Below are positions 39,905-51,000 of a stretch of 64,000 bases of DNA, piece after piece. How positions within the stretch are numbered: the first letter of the stretch is position 1; every line of letters begins with the position of its first letter. This DNA comes from Nitrosopumilaceae archaeon (GTDB lineage Archaea; Thermoproteota; Nitrososphaeria; Nitrososphaerales; Nitrosopumilaceae). The stretch is from NCBI GenBank assembly GCA_965203465.1, contig CBDBCR010000001.1:962306-1026305 (forward strand), read 5' to 3'. A program made the position numbers and the translations under genes. Below the pieces are notes generated by a model. It saw nothing but the letters and a program-made list of their open reading frames with translations. It was not told the DNA's origin and made no database searches.

Positions 39905-40237
39905 CTAGCCGCCGCGGCACTTTGCTGTCTCTGCCATGTAGTCCTGCTCCACGCCGGCGGCCTCCATCGAATCGACCGCCATCTCGCACTCCGACCTGGT
40001 CTCGACGTACCCGGGGGGCGCAGGCTCGCACACGCCGCCGGACATGTAAAACCCCTCCCCGCACGGGCCGGTCCCGGCGTCCGGTCCGGGCAAGGCCGCC
40101 TCGCCGGCTTTGCCGAGCCCGCCGGCAGATCCCGCGCCGGCCTCTACTGCCGGTTCCGGCGCGGCCTGCGTCTGCCAGACTACCAGCGGGACTGCCGCGA
40201 CCACGGCGGCGATCGCGACGATCCTTGCTGCGGGCAC
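39905..40237 (-). CDS. Small secreted Cys-containing hypothetical protein
   Basis: Signal-anchor N-terminus from GTG 40237, CGEGFYMSGGVC motif, TTTATA about 25 nt upstream. Confidence 0.55.
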   Translation of the reverse strand: MPAARIVAIAAVVAAVPLVVWQTQAAPEPAVEAGAGSAGGLGKAGEAALPGPDAGTGPCGEGFYMSGGVCEPAPPGYVETRSECEMAVDSMEAAGVEQDYMAETAKCRGG

Positions 40238-40366
40238 GGCCGGCCGGGGGGCCCGCCCTGTATAAACGGGCGCCGATCCGATCGCGGCCCCGCCAAAGAG
40301 ATAAAAGACGATCTCGTGGCCCCGCGGCTCTATGGCTCCCGGCGCCGACGCTCGGAAGTGCGCGCG

Positions 40367-41959
40367 TTGACGGGCGTGCGCCCCGCCGACGCGGCGTCTA
40401 GGACGGGGCAGGTAGATCTGCGGCCGAGCGCGCTCCACCGCAACCTGCCTCCGGAAAAACTGGTCGAGGAGGCCGTGCGCCGCGGCGACGGCATCATGAC
40501 CTCGACCGGCTCGCTCTCTGTGCGCACCGGCAAGTACACCGGCCGCTCGCCCGAGGACCGCTTCATCGTGGAGGACGATCTGACCTCGTCGGCGGTGGAC
40601 TGGGGCAAGATAAACAGGCGCTTTCCGTCGGCCGCCTCGGGCGCCCTGCTAGAGCGCATGTGCAGGTACGCCGACGGGCGCGAGCTGTACGCGTTCGACG
40701 GCTACGTGGGCGCCGACCCGGAGCACCGGCTCGCGCTGCGCGTGGTAAACGACCACCCGTGGCAGAGCCTCTTTGCGCGCCAGCTGTTCATACGCCCGAC
40801 CGGCCAAGAGCTGGAATCCCACGAGCCGGACTTTACGCTCATGTGCCTCAACGACTTCGAGGCGATCCCGGAGCGCGACGGCACGCGCAGCGGCGTGTTC
40901 ATAATAATCGACCTCGGGCGCAGGGTGGTCATGATCGGCGGGACCAGCTACGCCGGCGAGATGAAAAAGGCCATGTTCTCCGTGATGAACTTTCTGCTGC
41001 CGGCGTCGGGCGTGCTGCCCATGCACTGCTCTGCCAACACCGGCCGGGACGGCCGGACCGCGCTGTTCTTCGGCCTGTCCGGGACCGGCAAGACGACGCT
41101 CTCGGCGTCTGGCGACCGGGCCTTGGTGGGCGACGACGAGCACGGCTGGTCGGACAGGGGCGTGTTCAACTTCGAGGGGGGCTGCTACGCAAAGTGCATC
41201 GGGCTGACGCGCGACTCCGAGCCGCAGATCTGGGACGCGGTAAGGTCCGGCGCGGTGCTCGAAAACGTCGTGGTCGATTCTGCCACGCTGCGCCCCGACT
41301 TTGACGACGGCAGGCTGACGGAAAACACGCGCGCGGCCTACCCGCTCGACTGCATGCAGGGGGCCGCCTCGCCCAGCCTGGGAGGGCACCCAGACGTCAT
41401 CATATTCCTGACGGCCGACGCGTACGGCGTGCTGCCGCCGGTCTCGCGCCTGACGCGCGAGGGAGCCATGTTCCATTTCATGTCGGGGTACACCAGCAAG
41501 CTTGCCGGCACCGAGCGCGGCATCAAGGAGCCGCGCCCGACCTTCTCGGAGTGCTTTGGGGCCCCGTTCATGCCGCGCCCCGCCTCGGAGTACGCGCGGC
41601 TGCTCGGGCGCAAGATAGACGAGCACCGCGCGGCCGCCTACCTGATAAACACCGGCTGGTCGGGCGGCCCGTACGGCGTGGGCAGGCGCATAGAGCTGCG
41701 CTACAGCCGCGCGATGGTCTCGGCGGCCATCGGCGGCGGGCTCGACGGCGTGCGGTACGTGCACAACGACCTGTTCAACCTCGACACGCCGTCCTCGTGC
41801 CCCGGCGTGCCGTCGGGCCTGCTCGACCCGCGCCAGACTTGGGCCGACGCGGCGTCTTACGACCAGCAGGCGCGGCGGCTGGCGCGCATGTTTTCGGAAA
41901 ACTTTGAAAAGTTCTCCGGCGCAGACAGGGCTATAGTCGAGGCCGGCCCGCGCCCCTGA
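40367..41959 (+). CDS. pckA: Phosphoenolpyruvate carboxykinase (ATP)
   Basis: TGRSPEDRF, YAGEMKK, FFGLSGTGKTTLS, GDDEHGW, FEGGCYAK, TENTR. Confidence 0.95.
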   Translation: MTGVRPADAASRTGQVDLRPSALHRNLPPEKLVEEAVRRGDGIMTSTGSLSVRTGKYTGRSPEDRFIVEDDLTSSAVDWGKINRRFPSAASGALLERMCRYADGRELYAFDGYVGADPEHRLALRVVNDHPWQSLFARQLFIRPTGQELESHEPDFTLMCLNDFEAIPERDGTRSGVFIIIDLGRRVVMIGGTSYAGEMKKAMFSVMNFLLPASGVLPMHCSANTGRDGRTALFFGLSGTGKTTLSASGDRALVGDDEHGWSDRGVFNFEGGCYAKCIGLTRDSEPQIWDAVRSGAVLENVVVDSATLRPDFDDGRLTENTRAAYPLDCMQGAASPSLGGHPDVIIFLTADAYGVLPPVSRLTREGAMFHFMSGYTSKLAGTERGIKEPRPTFSECFGAPFMPRPASEYARLLGRKIDEHRAAAYLINTGWSGGPYGVGRRIELRYSRAMVSAAIGGGLDGVRYVHNDLFNLDTPSSCPGVPSGLLDPRQTWADAASYDQQARRLARMFSENFEKFSGADRAIVEAGPRP

Positions 41960-43901
41960 CGCCGGCCAGCGCGGCCAGCGCGGCCGCGCCGGCAGCAAGC
42001 CACGCGCTCTGCGGCGCGCCCCGCCAGTACGGCCCCTCTTGGACGTCGGCCTCCGAATACGCGTATTGCGTGCCGTCCCCCGAGGCTATGCGCGCCTCTA
42101 TCCAGTACGTGCCGGGCCCGCCGACGTCGACCGCGCCGCCGGCGCCTGGCAGCAGCGAGGCCGAATAGGCCCCGCCCGAGCGCGCGTCGTAGGCTATGAC
42201 CCTGGCGTACTGCCATCCGCCCGGCTCTTGGACGCCCACCGATATCTTTCCGGGCCCGCCGCGCGCCCAGACGCTGCCGCCCGCCTCCCTCGCCAGGAAG
42301 GGGACGGTGTACTCTGTCCCCTCGTGCGATACGGCTATCCTGCCCCAGCCGCTGCCGCTGCCAGAGGCGCGCACCGACAGCGTGCCGTCCGAGTACTCGT
42401 AGCCGGCAGACCACCCGTCCGGCGCGGACACCTCTACGTCGAGCCGCTCCGGGGCACCCCCGCCCAGGCGCCCGACGCGTATGTCCGCGCGCGCCTCGGG
42501 CTCGGACGGGGACGAAGTCATCACCAGCTGGGCCGGCTCGAGCACCAGCGAGGCCTCGAGGGCGGCGCCGGCGTCTAGCCTGCCCGAGCCGGCCTCGGAG
42601 GGGCTGAACGGGATCCCGTACGAATCGGCGGCCGGCGAGGCCGTAGACGACAGTATCGCCCTGACCTTGGAGGGGGCAAGGCCCGGGTGCTTTTCGAGCA
42701 GCAGCGCGGCGGCCCCCGAGACGTGCGGGGCCGCGAAGCTGGTGCCGCTCGCAAGATCATACCGGCCGCCGGCGTGCGTCGAGTTCACGAAGGCGCCGGG
42801 CGCCACAAGATCCGGCTTTATGTAGAACGGCGAGGCGGGGCCGCGCGAGCTGAAAAAAGCCACGTGATCGGGGTTGTAAAAGACGTCCAGCGCGCCGGTG
42901 CCGCCAGAGCCGGCAAGCTCCAGGCCGTCCTGGCGGTCCATGGAGAGTATGGGTATGCGCGGCGAGTAGGCGCCGCCCGTGGGGCTGGCCGAGACATCGC
43001 CAAGGTACGGGCCCGGCTCGCTGTTGTACACCACGGCTGCCAGCGCGCCGGCGTCGGCCGCGTTGGATTCTTTTTCGGTAAAGTACACCAGCTCGCCGGC
43101 CGTGTCGCTGCCGCGCTCCATCAGGAGTATGGCGCCGCGCGCGCCGGGCCCTATGTCGCCGGGCCTGCCGTAGCCGCCGTGCACTATGGGCGCCGTTATC
43201 GGGCCGCCGGTCGGCGCGACGCCTAGCATCGGGGCCACCTCGTACTGCCTCTGGCCGACCGAGAGCGTAGAGACCAGGCTCTCGCGCACGTTGTTGTGCG
43301 TGGCCCCCACCGTTATGGCCAGCGGCGCGGCGCCCGGGCTGCCTATGGTGGCAGGCCCCGGCCCGTCGTTGCCGGCGGCCACCACGACCACGGCGCCCGC
43401 GCGCACCGCGTCGGCCACGGCCGTATCTATGACCTCGCTGCTTATCGGCACGCCGAGGCTGATGTTTATCACGTCGGCCCCGTCTTGCGAGGCGGCCCGT
43501 ATGGCGCGCTCTATCAGATCCGAGGACACAGATTCGCCGTCCTCCGAGACCCTGTACGGGACTATCACGGCGCCGGGGGCCACGCCCGAGACGGCCCCGC
43601 CGGCGGCGATTATTCCGGCCACCTGCGTGCCGTGCCCGTTGGCGTCGTGCGGCCGCCCGCCCCCCACAAAGTCGCGCCCGCCCGCCACCCTTCCGGCGAG
43701 ATCCGGGTGCGAAGCGTCCACGCCCGTGTCTATGACGGCGACCCGCACGCCGCTTCCAGTGTAGCCCAGCTCGGCCGCGCGCCCGGCTCCCACGTGCGGC
43801 GCGCTGTCCTCCAGCAGCGCGCGGCCCTCCTCGCCGGGCAGCGTAAAAAGCAGGGCGGCTGCCAGCGCCGCGCACAGGGCGGCGTACGCGGCGTGCTTCA
43901 C
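41931..43901 (-). CDS. S8 (subtilisin-like) serine peptidase with PA domain, membrane anchored
   Basis: Catalytic triad IDTG, HGT, GTSFAAPHVSG. Signal peptide and C-terminal TM. Confidence 0.92.
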   Translation of the reverse strand: MKHAAYAALCAALAAALLFTLPGEEGRALLEDSAPHVGAGRAAELGYTGSGVRVAVIDTGVDASHPDLAGRVAGGRDFVGGGRPHDANGHGTQVAGIIAAGGAVSGVAPGAVIVPYRVSEDGESVSSDLIERAIRAASQDGADVINISLGVPISSEVIDTAVADAVRAGAVVVVAAGNDGPGPATIGSPGAAPLAITVGATHNNVRESLVSTLSVGQRQYEVAPMLGVAPTGGPITAPIVHGGYGRPGDIGPGARGAILLMERGSDTAGELVYFTEKESNAADAGALAAVVYNSEPGPYLGDVSASPTGGAYSPRIPILSMDRQDGLELAGSGGTGALDVFYNPDHVAFFSSRGPASPFYIKPDLVAPGAFVNSTHAGGRYDLASGTSFAAPHVSGAAALLLEKHPGLAPSKVRAILSSTASPAADSYGIPFSPSEAGSGRLDAGAALEASLVLEPAQLVMTSSPSEPEARADIRVGRLGGGAPERLDVEVSAPDGWSAGYEYSDGTLSVRASGSGSGWGRIAVSHEGTEYTVPFLAREAGGSVWARGGPGKISVGVQEPGGWQYARVIAYDARSGGAYSASLLPGAGGAVDVGGPGTYWIEARIASGDGTQYAYSEADVQEGPYWRGAPQSAWLAAGAAALAALAGVRGAGRPRL

Positions 43902-43969
43902 GGCCCGGCGGGCGCCCCTGCGTTGTAAAAACCGCCCGGTAGGCCAACAATATATTCGGCGGGGGCCGG

Positions 43970-45307
43970 GTGCGCGCGTTGCGCAACGTGCTGTGCATCG
44001 GGGGCTCGGATCCGTCCTCCGGCGCCGGGATACAGGGGGACGTAAGAACCGTCTCGTCGCTCGGGTTCCACTGCCTGACCGCCGTCACGGCCGTGACGTT
44101 CCAGAACACGTCGGGGTACGCCGGCGCCGAACCGCTGCGGCCCAAGTGGGTCAGGCGCCAGATAGAATCGGCGCTGTCCGACTTTGAGATCGGCGCGGTC
44201 AAGATAGGGATGGTGTACAGTTCCGGCGTAATCTCTGCCGTCGCAAAGTCGCTCTCCGGCGTGGGCGCGCCGGTAGTGGCAGACCCCGTGGTGAGGTCGA
44301 GCACGGGCGGCGCGCTGATAAAAAAGGGCGCGTCTTCAAAGTACGCGAAAAAGATACTGCCCCTTGCGCGCGTTGCCACGCCCAACTTGGCCGAGGCCGA
44401 GCACTTTGGCGGCGTCGATTCGTCGGCCGACGGCGTGCGGGCCGCCGCCACGGCCCTTGCGGAAATGGGCGCGCGCAGCGTCGTGGTCACCGGCGTGCGG
44501 CGCGGCCGGCGCGTGACCGACTACCTGCTCGACGGCGGCAGGTGGGGTTCTTTCAGCTCGCCCGCGCTCGACGCCGAGGCGCACGGGAGCGGGTGCGCGT
44601 TTTCGGCCTCGATGGCCGCGTTCCTCGCCGGCGGCGACGGGCTGCGGGAATCGCTGTTAAAGGCGCGCCGGCACGCGCGTGCCGCGCTGGCCGGCGCGGC
44701 CAGGGTCGGCGGAGGAATGCCCGCCGTCTCGTCCGATCCGCTGCGCGCCGACCTTGCGGCCGCGGTCGGGCAGTTTTCCTCGTCCGGGATGGGGGACCTG
44801 ATACCCGAATGCAGGACCAACTTCGTCTTTGCCAAAGAGGGCGCGCGCTCGCGCGCCGACGTGCTCGCGGTGGACGGGCGCATAACGCAGACCACGCGGG
44901 GCCCGTCCGCCGGACGGCTTGCCTACGGCGCGTCGGGGCACGTGTCCGCCGCGCTGCTCGAGGCGGCCCGCCGGTTCCCACAGGTGCGCTCGGCTGCCAA
45001 CATCCGGTTCGACGAGCAGGTGGCCGCCCGCATGGAGGCGGCCGGGCTCTCGGTGCTGTCCTACGACCGCTCGGCCGAGCCGGAAGGCAACAAGAAAAGC
45101 GGCTCGTCGGTCCGGTGGGGCGTGCGGGCGGCCCTCGAGGGGGCCCCGGCGCCGCCCGACGCGGTGTGCCACTCGGGGGACTTCGGCAAGGAGCCGATGG
45201 CCGTCGTGTTCGGCGAGAACCCGGCCTCGGTGATGGCAAAGCTGCGCCGCCTGCAGGCCAACCCAAATATGCCGGTGCCCGGCGAGGCCGGCCCGTGCAG
45301 TCCGTGA
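43970..45307 (+). CDS. thiD: Bifunctional HMP/HMP-P kinase and thiamine-phosphate synthase ThiDN
   Basis: GGSDPSSGAGIQGD, TPNLAEA, HGSGC, plus ThiN domain (IPECRTN, GDFGKEP). Confidence 0.9.
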   Translation: MRALRNVLCIGGSDPSSGAGIQGDVRTVSSLGFHCLTAVTAVTFQNTSGYAGAEPLRPKWVRRQIESALSDFEIGAVKIGMVYSSGVISAVAKSLSGVGAPVVADPVVRSSTGGALIKKGASSKYAKKILPLARVATPNLAEAEHFGGVDSSADGVRAAATALAEMGARSVVVTGVRRGRRVTDYLLDGGRWGSFSSPALDAEAHGSGCAFSASMAAFLAGGDGLRESLLKARRHARAALAGAARVGGGMPAVSSDPLRADLAAAVGQFSSSGMGDLIPECRTNFVFAKEGARSRADVLAVDGRITQTTRGPSAGRLAYGASGHVSAALLEAARRFPQVRSAANIRFDEQVAARMEAAGLSVLSYDRSAEPEGNKKSGSSVRWGVRAALEGAPAPPDAVCHSGDFGKEPMAVVFGENPASVMAKLRRLQANPNMPVPGEAGPCSP

Positions 45308-45993
45308 TACTCGCCGGCGGCCTAGGCACGCGCCTGCGACCGTACACCATATTCACCCCCAAGCCGATGCTGCCGCTGGGCGAAAAGCCGCTGCTCGAGC
45401 ACCTGCTGGACTGGAACAAAAAGCACCGGATACGCTCGGTCGTCATGTGCGTAAGCTACCTGCGCCGGACCATAGAGGACTATTTCGGCGACGGCTCCAA
45501 CTTTGGCGTGGAAATACAGTACGCCGCCTCGCCGCGCCCGCTGGCCACGGCCGGCCAGCTGCGGACCGCGCGCGGGGCGCTGCGGGGCGACTTTGTGTGC
45601 ATGTACGGAGATTCGCTGTTCGGCTTCGACCTGGGGGCCATGATCCGCCAGCACGAAAAGCGGCGGCCGCTGATCACGATGAACCTGCACGACTACCGCT
45701 CCAGGCTGCCGTACGGCGTGATACGCACGTCGGGCAAGAAGGTCTCCGGCTGGGACGAAAAGCCGGAGATAAGGGAGCGCATAAACACGGGCTGCTACGT
45801 GATGAGCCCGCGCGTGTTCAAGTACGTGCCGTCCGGCAGGCCGTACGGCATGGATTCGGTGGTGCGCAGGGCGCTAAAGTCCGGCGAGCGCATAGACGCG
45901 TTCGTGACCGACGGCGACTTTGTAGACATCGGCGACAGGGATTCGTACCTGCGCGCGCACCGCGAGTACTCGGAGCGGCTGGGCAGGATATGA
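45295..45993 (+). CDS. Sugar-phosphate nucleotidyltransferase
   Basis: VILAGGLGTRLRP, PKPMLP, INTGCY. Confidence 0.9.
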   Translation: MQSVILAGGLGTRLRPYTIFTPKPMLPLGEKPLLEHLLDWNKKHRIRSVVMCVSYLRRTIEDYFGDGSNFGVEIQYAASPRPLATAGQLRTARGALRGDFVCMYGDSLFGFDLGAMIRQHEKRRPLITMNLHDYRSRLPYGVIRTSGKKVSGWDEKPEIRERINTGCYVMSPRVFKYVPSGRPYGMDSVVRRALKSGERIDAFVTDGDFVDIGDRDSYLRAHREYSERLGRI

Positions 45994-46418
45994 ACGTGCG
46001 CGAGCTGAGGGCCGGCGACGAGCGGCTCGGCCTGCTCGAATCGCTCGATTCGCTGCGCCCGGCAAGCGGCCTGGGGCGGGGCGCGGCGCGCGCCATACTA
46101 GAGCGGGCCGTGGCCGACCCGTCCCGCCTGATATTCGTGGCCGAGGAGGGCGGGCGCATCGTCGGGACGATCACGCTGCTGCTAGAGGAAAAGTTCATCC
46201 GCGGCGGCGCCACGGCCGCGCACATCGAGGACGTGGCCGTACAAAAGGGCGCGCAGGGGCGCGGCGTGGGGCGCATGCTCGTGGAGCGGGCCCTGAGCGA
46301 GGCGCGCGGCAGGGGATGCTACAAGACGGTGCTCGACTGCTCCGAGGAGCTGGCAGGCTTTTACGAAAAGTGCGGGTTCGCGCGGAGCGGCGTGTGCATG
46401 CGCGCCGATCACACGTAG
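45990..46418 (+). CDS. GNAT N-acetyltransferase (glucosamine-6-P N-acetyltransferase-like)
   Basis: EEKFIRGG, HIEDVAV, QGRGVG, GCYKTVLDC, FYEKCGF. Confidence 0.87.
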   Translation: MNVRELRAGDERLGLLESLDSLRPASGLGRGAARAILERAVADPSRLIFVAEEGGRIVGTITLLLEEKFIRGGATAAHIEDVAVQKGAQGRGVGRMLVERALSEARGRGCYKTVLDCSEELAGFYEKCGFARSGVCMRADHT

Positions 46419-46834
46419 CCCTTTTTGGCGCGCCGCGGCCTGGTCCTGAACAAGAGCGCCCCCGAGGCCATCACGGGAAGCGAGACGGCCGCAAAGACGT
46501 AGGGCGCGGCCTCTACGGCCGGCGTGAGCATGCCCTCCGGGATGCCGGGGGCTATCCGGGCCGCGTAGGCCACGCCGGCCAGCATGGCCGCGCCGCCGGC
46601 CGCGGTCATGGCGCCGACCCTGCGCGAGCCGTACCTGCGCGACATGATGTGCGAGACGGCCGCCATTATGCACGCGGGCGCGGCGCCTATCGATATGAAC
46701 TGGAGCAGCTTTGGCTCGGGCTCGAAGAACTCCAGGGCCGGATCGAGCATGTACGTGTACACGGTGGCCATCTCGGCCGCGAACATGACGAAGAGCCCGA
46801 GGCCGGCGGCGGCTATGTACGTCTCTACGCCCAC
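46409..46834 (-). CDS. Hypothetical membrane protein (4 TM)
   Basis: Four hydrophobic segments. TTTAAT about 27 nt upstream. Confidence 0.75.
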   Translation of the reverse strand: MGVETYIAAAGLGLFVMFAAEMATVYTYMLDPALEFFEPEPKLLQFISIGAAPACIMAAVSHIMSRRYGSRRVGAMTAAGGAAMLAGVAYAARIAPGIPEGMLTPAVEAAPYVFAAVSLPVMASGALLFRTRPRRAKKGYV

Positions 46835-46867
46835 GCCTGCGGGAGGCGGGCGCGTCCAATTAAACCG

Positions 46868-47872
46868 TTATTCTATGCCCATCATGGCGGCAAACTCCCT
46901 GCGGCACGCGGTACCGAGCCTCTGCGCGTACTCTTCGGGCCCCTCGTCGCCGAGGCATATGCCGTACCCGTGCTCCAGGCCCGTCGGCGCGCCGGTCAGC
47001 GGGCAGACTTCGATGTACCAGTGGGTGCGCGTCTTTTTCGATTCGGGCGGCAGGTGGAAGACCAGGTGGTAGGGCACGTCGCCGAGCACCGATGTCATGC
47101 CGCCGAGGGTGGAGCGCATCATGTGGGAGAGGCCCTTCATGTCCTGCTGGCCGGCCTTGCGGAAGCTGGACGAGTGCGCGGTGGGGTATATGACGAACTG
47201 GCGGGGGCGCGACGGGGCCCACGGCGCGAGGGCCACGTACCCGTGCGCCTCGAGCACCTCGCGCGGCCCGCCGCGCTCGGCCTCGACGGTCTCGCAGACG
47301 GGGCACGCGCCGCGCTCGGCCTGTATGCGGTTGCACGAGGCCTCTTCGCGCCGCACGGCGGCCGGGACGGACGGCAGCCCGACCAGGTTGACGTGCGGGT
47401 GCGAGTAGGCGTCGCCGGCGGCGGCGCCGTGGTCGGCGTACACGGCCACGTACGAGACGCCGCGCTTCGAGTACAGCCAGCGCATCCTGTCCTGTATGAC
47501 CAGCAGCACGTCGAACCACCTGTCGGCGCTCAGGGTGGCCAGCGTGTCGCCCGGATCGCGCGTGGCCACGAGCACGTAGTGGTGCCCGTAGGCCGGCTCG
47601 CTGTAGCGGGGCCTGTCGCCGTAGGCCTGATCCGCCCCGGTCGAGACCACGGGGTTGGAGCTCTCAAAGAACCTTATCGACCAGTCCCTCACGCACCCCT
47701 CCTCGCCGTCCTGCAGCCTCTGGAGCAGGCCCTCGCGAGCTACGAGCGAGAGCACCGAGGGCTTTGTCATCTTTTCGTTGCCGGGGAGGAACGGCGACTT
47801 TGCGGGGGGCCTGTCGGGATCGTGGCGGATGAACTGCCTCTCGCTCACGTAGTCTGATCTGATCCCGGCCAT
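46868..47872 (-). CDS. galT: Galactose-1-phosphate uridylyltransferase (HIT superfamily)
   Basis: SPFLPGNE, AYGHHYV, HPHVN HIT-like motif, CPVC, HWYIE. ATG 47872. Confidence 0.8.
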   Translation of the reverse strand: MAGIRSDYVSERQFIRHDPDRPPAKSPFLPGNEKMTKPSVLSLVAREGLLQRLQDGEEGCVRDWSIRFFESSNPVVSTGADQAYGDRPRYSEPAYGHHYVLVATRDPGDTLATLSADRWFDVLLVIQDRMRWLYSKRGVSYVAVYADHGAAAGDAYSHPHVNLVGLPSVPAAVRREEASCNRIQAERGACPVCETVEAERGGPREVLEAHGYVALAPWAPSRPRQFVIYPTAHSSSFRKAGQQDMKGLSHMMRSTLGGMTSVLGDVPYHLVFHLPPESKKTRTHWYIEVCPLTGAPTGLEHGYGICLGDEGPEEYAQRLGTACRREFAAMMGIE

Positions 47873-48076
47873 GCGGCGCGGGCCCTTTGTGCGTGTTAAA
47901 ACGTTTGGCATGGTGCCTGCCGGCGACATCGGACGCCCTCCGGCGCGGCCGCGCCGGGGCGATCCAAAGCGTGCTGTACCGCGGACTTTCCGGACGGCTT
48001 TAGGCGGGCGGCAATCGGGCGCCGCCAGAAGGGCAAGTATAATTACGACTGTTCGCGTTCCACGCCGTGATAAAGC

Positions 48077-51000
48077 ATGAACCGCGGGGGGGGGGGGGGT
48101 AGCAACAGGCCGGACTGCCGGGGCGCCGCAAACCCGCGCAAGCTCGATCCGTTGCGCTTGGCCCTGCTTTTGCTGCCTTTATTGTGCGCGCCGTCCGCGC
48201 TGGACGCGCACGCGGACAGCATACTCGTGCTGAACCAGCAGTCGTACCCGGAGGTCGGCGGCCCGTGGACCGTGCGGTTCGTGACCTGGGGCGCGCACGA
48301 CCTGGCAGTATCGGGAGCCGAAGGCACCACGGTAGGCGCGGGCGGCGACGTCTCGTTCGTGGGACTGCGCGACGGGGCGGGGCGGCACGTGGAGCCAGCG
48401 CACGACGGCGGCCGGCTGGTCTTTGCCGGCTACGAGGGCGGCGGCACGTCCGAGCTGACCGTGCGCGTGAACACGCCTGGCCCCCACGCGCTGCTGCTGG
48501 GTTTTGGGGGGGACGAGGCGCTGGCGCGCAACAACGCGTATCCGCGCCAGGTTACGGAGATCGCCGCGTCTGCAGGAGGCGAGCCGTTCCTGAAGGGACT
48601 TGACAATTTCGGCAGATCCGTCGCCAGAATCGGGGATCTGGACGGGGACGGCACGGCGGACTTGGCCGTGGGGACATGGGGGCGGGATCCGGCAGTCCAC
48701 ATACTGCTTCTTACTTCCACCGGCACGACAAAGCAGGCTACCAGGATAGACTCTTCGACTCCGAACGGACCGCAGCTCGCAACAACCGACAGTTTCGGCG
48801 TATCGCTTGCGGCCGTCGGGGATCTGGACGGGGACGGAACGCCTGATCTGGCGGTGGGGGCGAACGGAACCGACAGAGTCAGGGGAGCCGTCCACCTGCT
48901 GTACCTGAACTCGGACGGCACCGTGAAGAACACAGTCGAGATAAACGACTCCACGGCCAACGGCCCGCAGCTTGCACGAAACGACAATTTCGGCGTATCG
49001 CTTGCGGCCGTCGGGGATCTGGACGGGGACGGCAACATGGACTTGGCCGTGGGGGCTGGCGGAGACGACGGGAACAAGGGCGCCGTCCACCTACTGCTCC
49101 TCAACTCTACGGGGACGGTGAGGCAGACCGCAGAGATCAACGCCTCCACCCCGAACGGGCCGTCGCTGGGCGTGAACACGCGCTTTGGCTCCTCGCTTGC
49201 CGCCATGGGGGATCTGGACGGGGACGGGGTGGGAGACATGGCGGGAACCGTAGACGGCACCGCCATCTCCGTGCTGTTCCTCAACTCGGACGGCACCGTA
49301 AAGCGCACTACTGGGCTGCCTGTCACGTCCGTCGGCAGCCCGTCCCTCGCCGCCGTCGGGGATCTGGACGGGGACGGCATGACGGAGCTTGCCATTGGGG
49401 CTACGGGGGACGACACGGGCGGGACGAACGCGGGCGCAGCCTACCTGTCGTTCCTCAGTTCGGATCTCGGCATAAAGAGAACCGTCAAGATCGACGCCTC
49501 CACCGAAAACGGGCCCCAGCTTGAGGCGGGGGACCGTTTCAGCTGGTCCCTCGCCGCCGTGGGGGATCTGGACGGGGACGGCACGGCCGACTTGGCCGTG
49601 GGGGCCGTCGGAGACGACGGGAGATCTGCGGGTACGGGCGCCGTCCACCTGCTGTTCCTCAACTCGGACGGCACCGTAAAGCGAACAGCTCAGATAGACG
49701 GATCGCATCCGTACGATCTGTCTCTGGCGCGGGACGACAACTTCGGCTCCTCCCTCGCCGCCGTCGGGGATCTTGACGGTGACGGCACGGCCGACTTGGC
49801 CGTGGGGGCCGCCGGAGACGACGCGGGCGGGACGAACGCGGGCGCCGTCCACCTGATGTACTATTCGGACGGCACGGTAAGACAGACCGCCAAGATCGAC
49901 GGCTCTACGGCCAACGGGCCCCAACTCGCAGCAAACGACGAGTTCGGCTCCTCCCTCGCCGCCCTTGGGGATCTGGAACGAGACGGCACGGCGGACTTGG
50001 CCGTGGGCGCGCCCGGAGACGGCGGCGGCAAGGGCGCCGTCCACCTGCTGCTCCTCACCTCCACCGGCACGGTAAGACAGACCGTCACGATCGACGACTC
50101 TACAGCAAACGGGCCCCAACTCGCAGCAAACGACGGGTTCGGCTCCTCCCTCGCCGCCGTCGGGGATCTGGACAGGGACGGCAACATGGACCTGGCCGTG
50201 GGGGCCGCCGGAGACGACGGGAACAAGGGCGCCGTCCACCTGCTGTACCTCAACTCGGACAGCACCGTAAAGAACGCCGTCGAGATAAACGGCTCCACGG
50301 CCAACGGGCCCCAGCTTGCGGCAAACGACAACTTCGGCTCCTCCCTCGCCGCCGTCGGGGATCTGAACCGCGACGGGACGCCGGATCTCGCCGTGGGGGC
50401 CGCCGGAGACGGCGGAAACAAGGGCGCCGTCCACCTGCTGCTCCTCACCTCCACCGGCACGGTAAGACAGACCGTCACGATCGACGACTCTACAGCAAAC
50501 GGGCCCCAACTCGCAGCAAACGACGGGTTCGGCTCCTCCCTCGCCGCCGTCGGGGATCTGGACAGGGACGGCAACATGGACTTGGCCGTGGGATCGGCCT
50601 TTGACGACGCGGCAGCGGACGACGCAGGCGCCGTACACGTGATGCTTCTCACATCCACCGGCACCGTGAAACAGACCTCGGAGATCAACGCTTCTACGCC
50701 AAACGGCCCGCGGCTTGCAGCAGGCGACCGCTTCGGCTCCTCCCTCGCCGCCGTCGGGGATCTTGACCGAGACGGGACGGCGGACTTGGCGGTGGGCGCG
50801 CCCTTTGACGACGCGGGGGCGCCGAACGCAGGCGTCGTCCACATCGTCAGACTCGGGGCGACCGCTCCGTCGTGGGACGGCACCATGAGTTCCTTTGCGG
50901 AACTGGGCGGTTTGAAACTGCTCGACGACGACCGCTTCGGCTCCTCCCTCGCATCCGTCGATCTTGACGGGGACGGGATCAAAGACCTGGCTGTGGGGGC

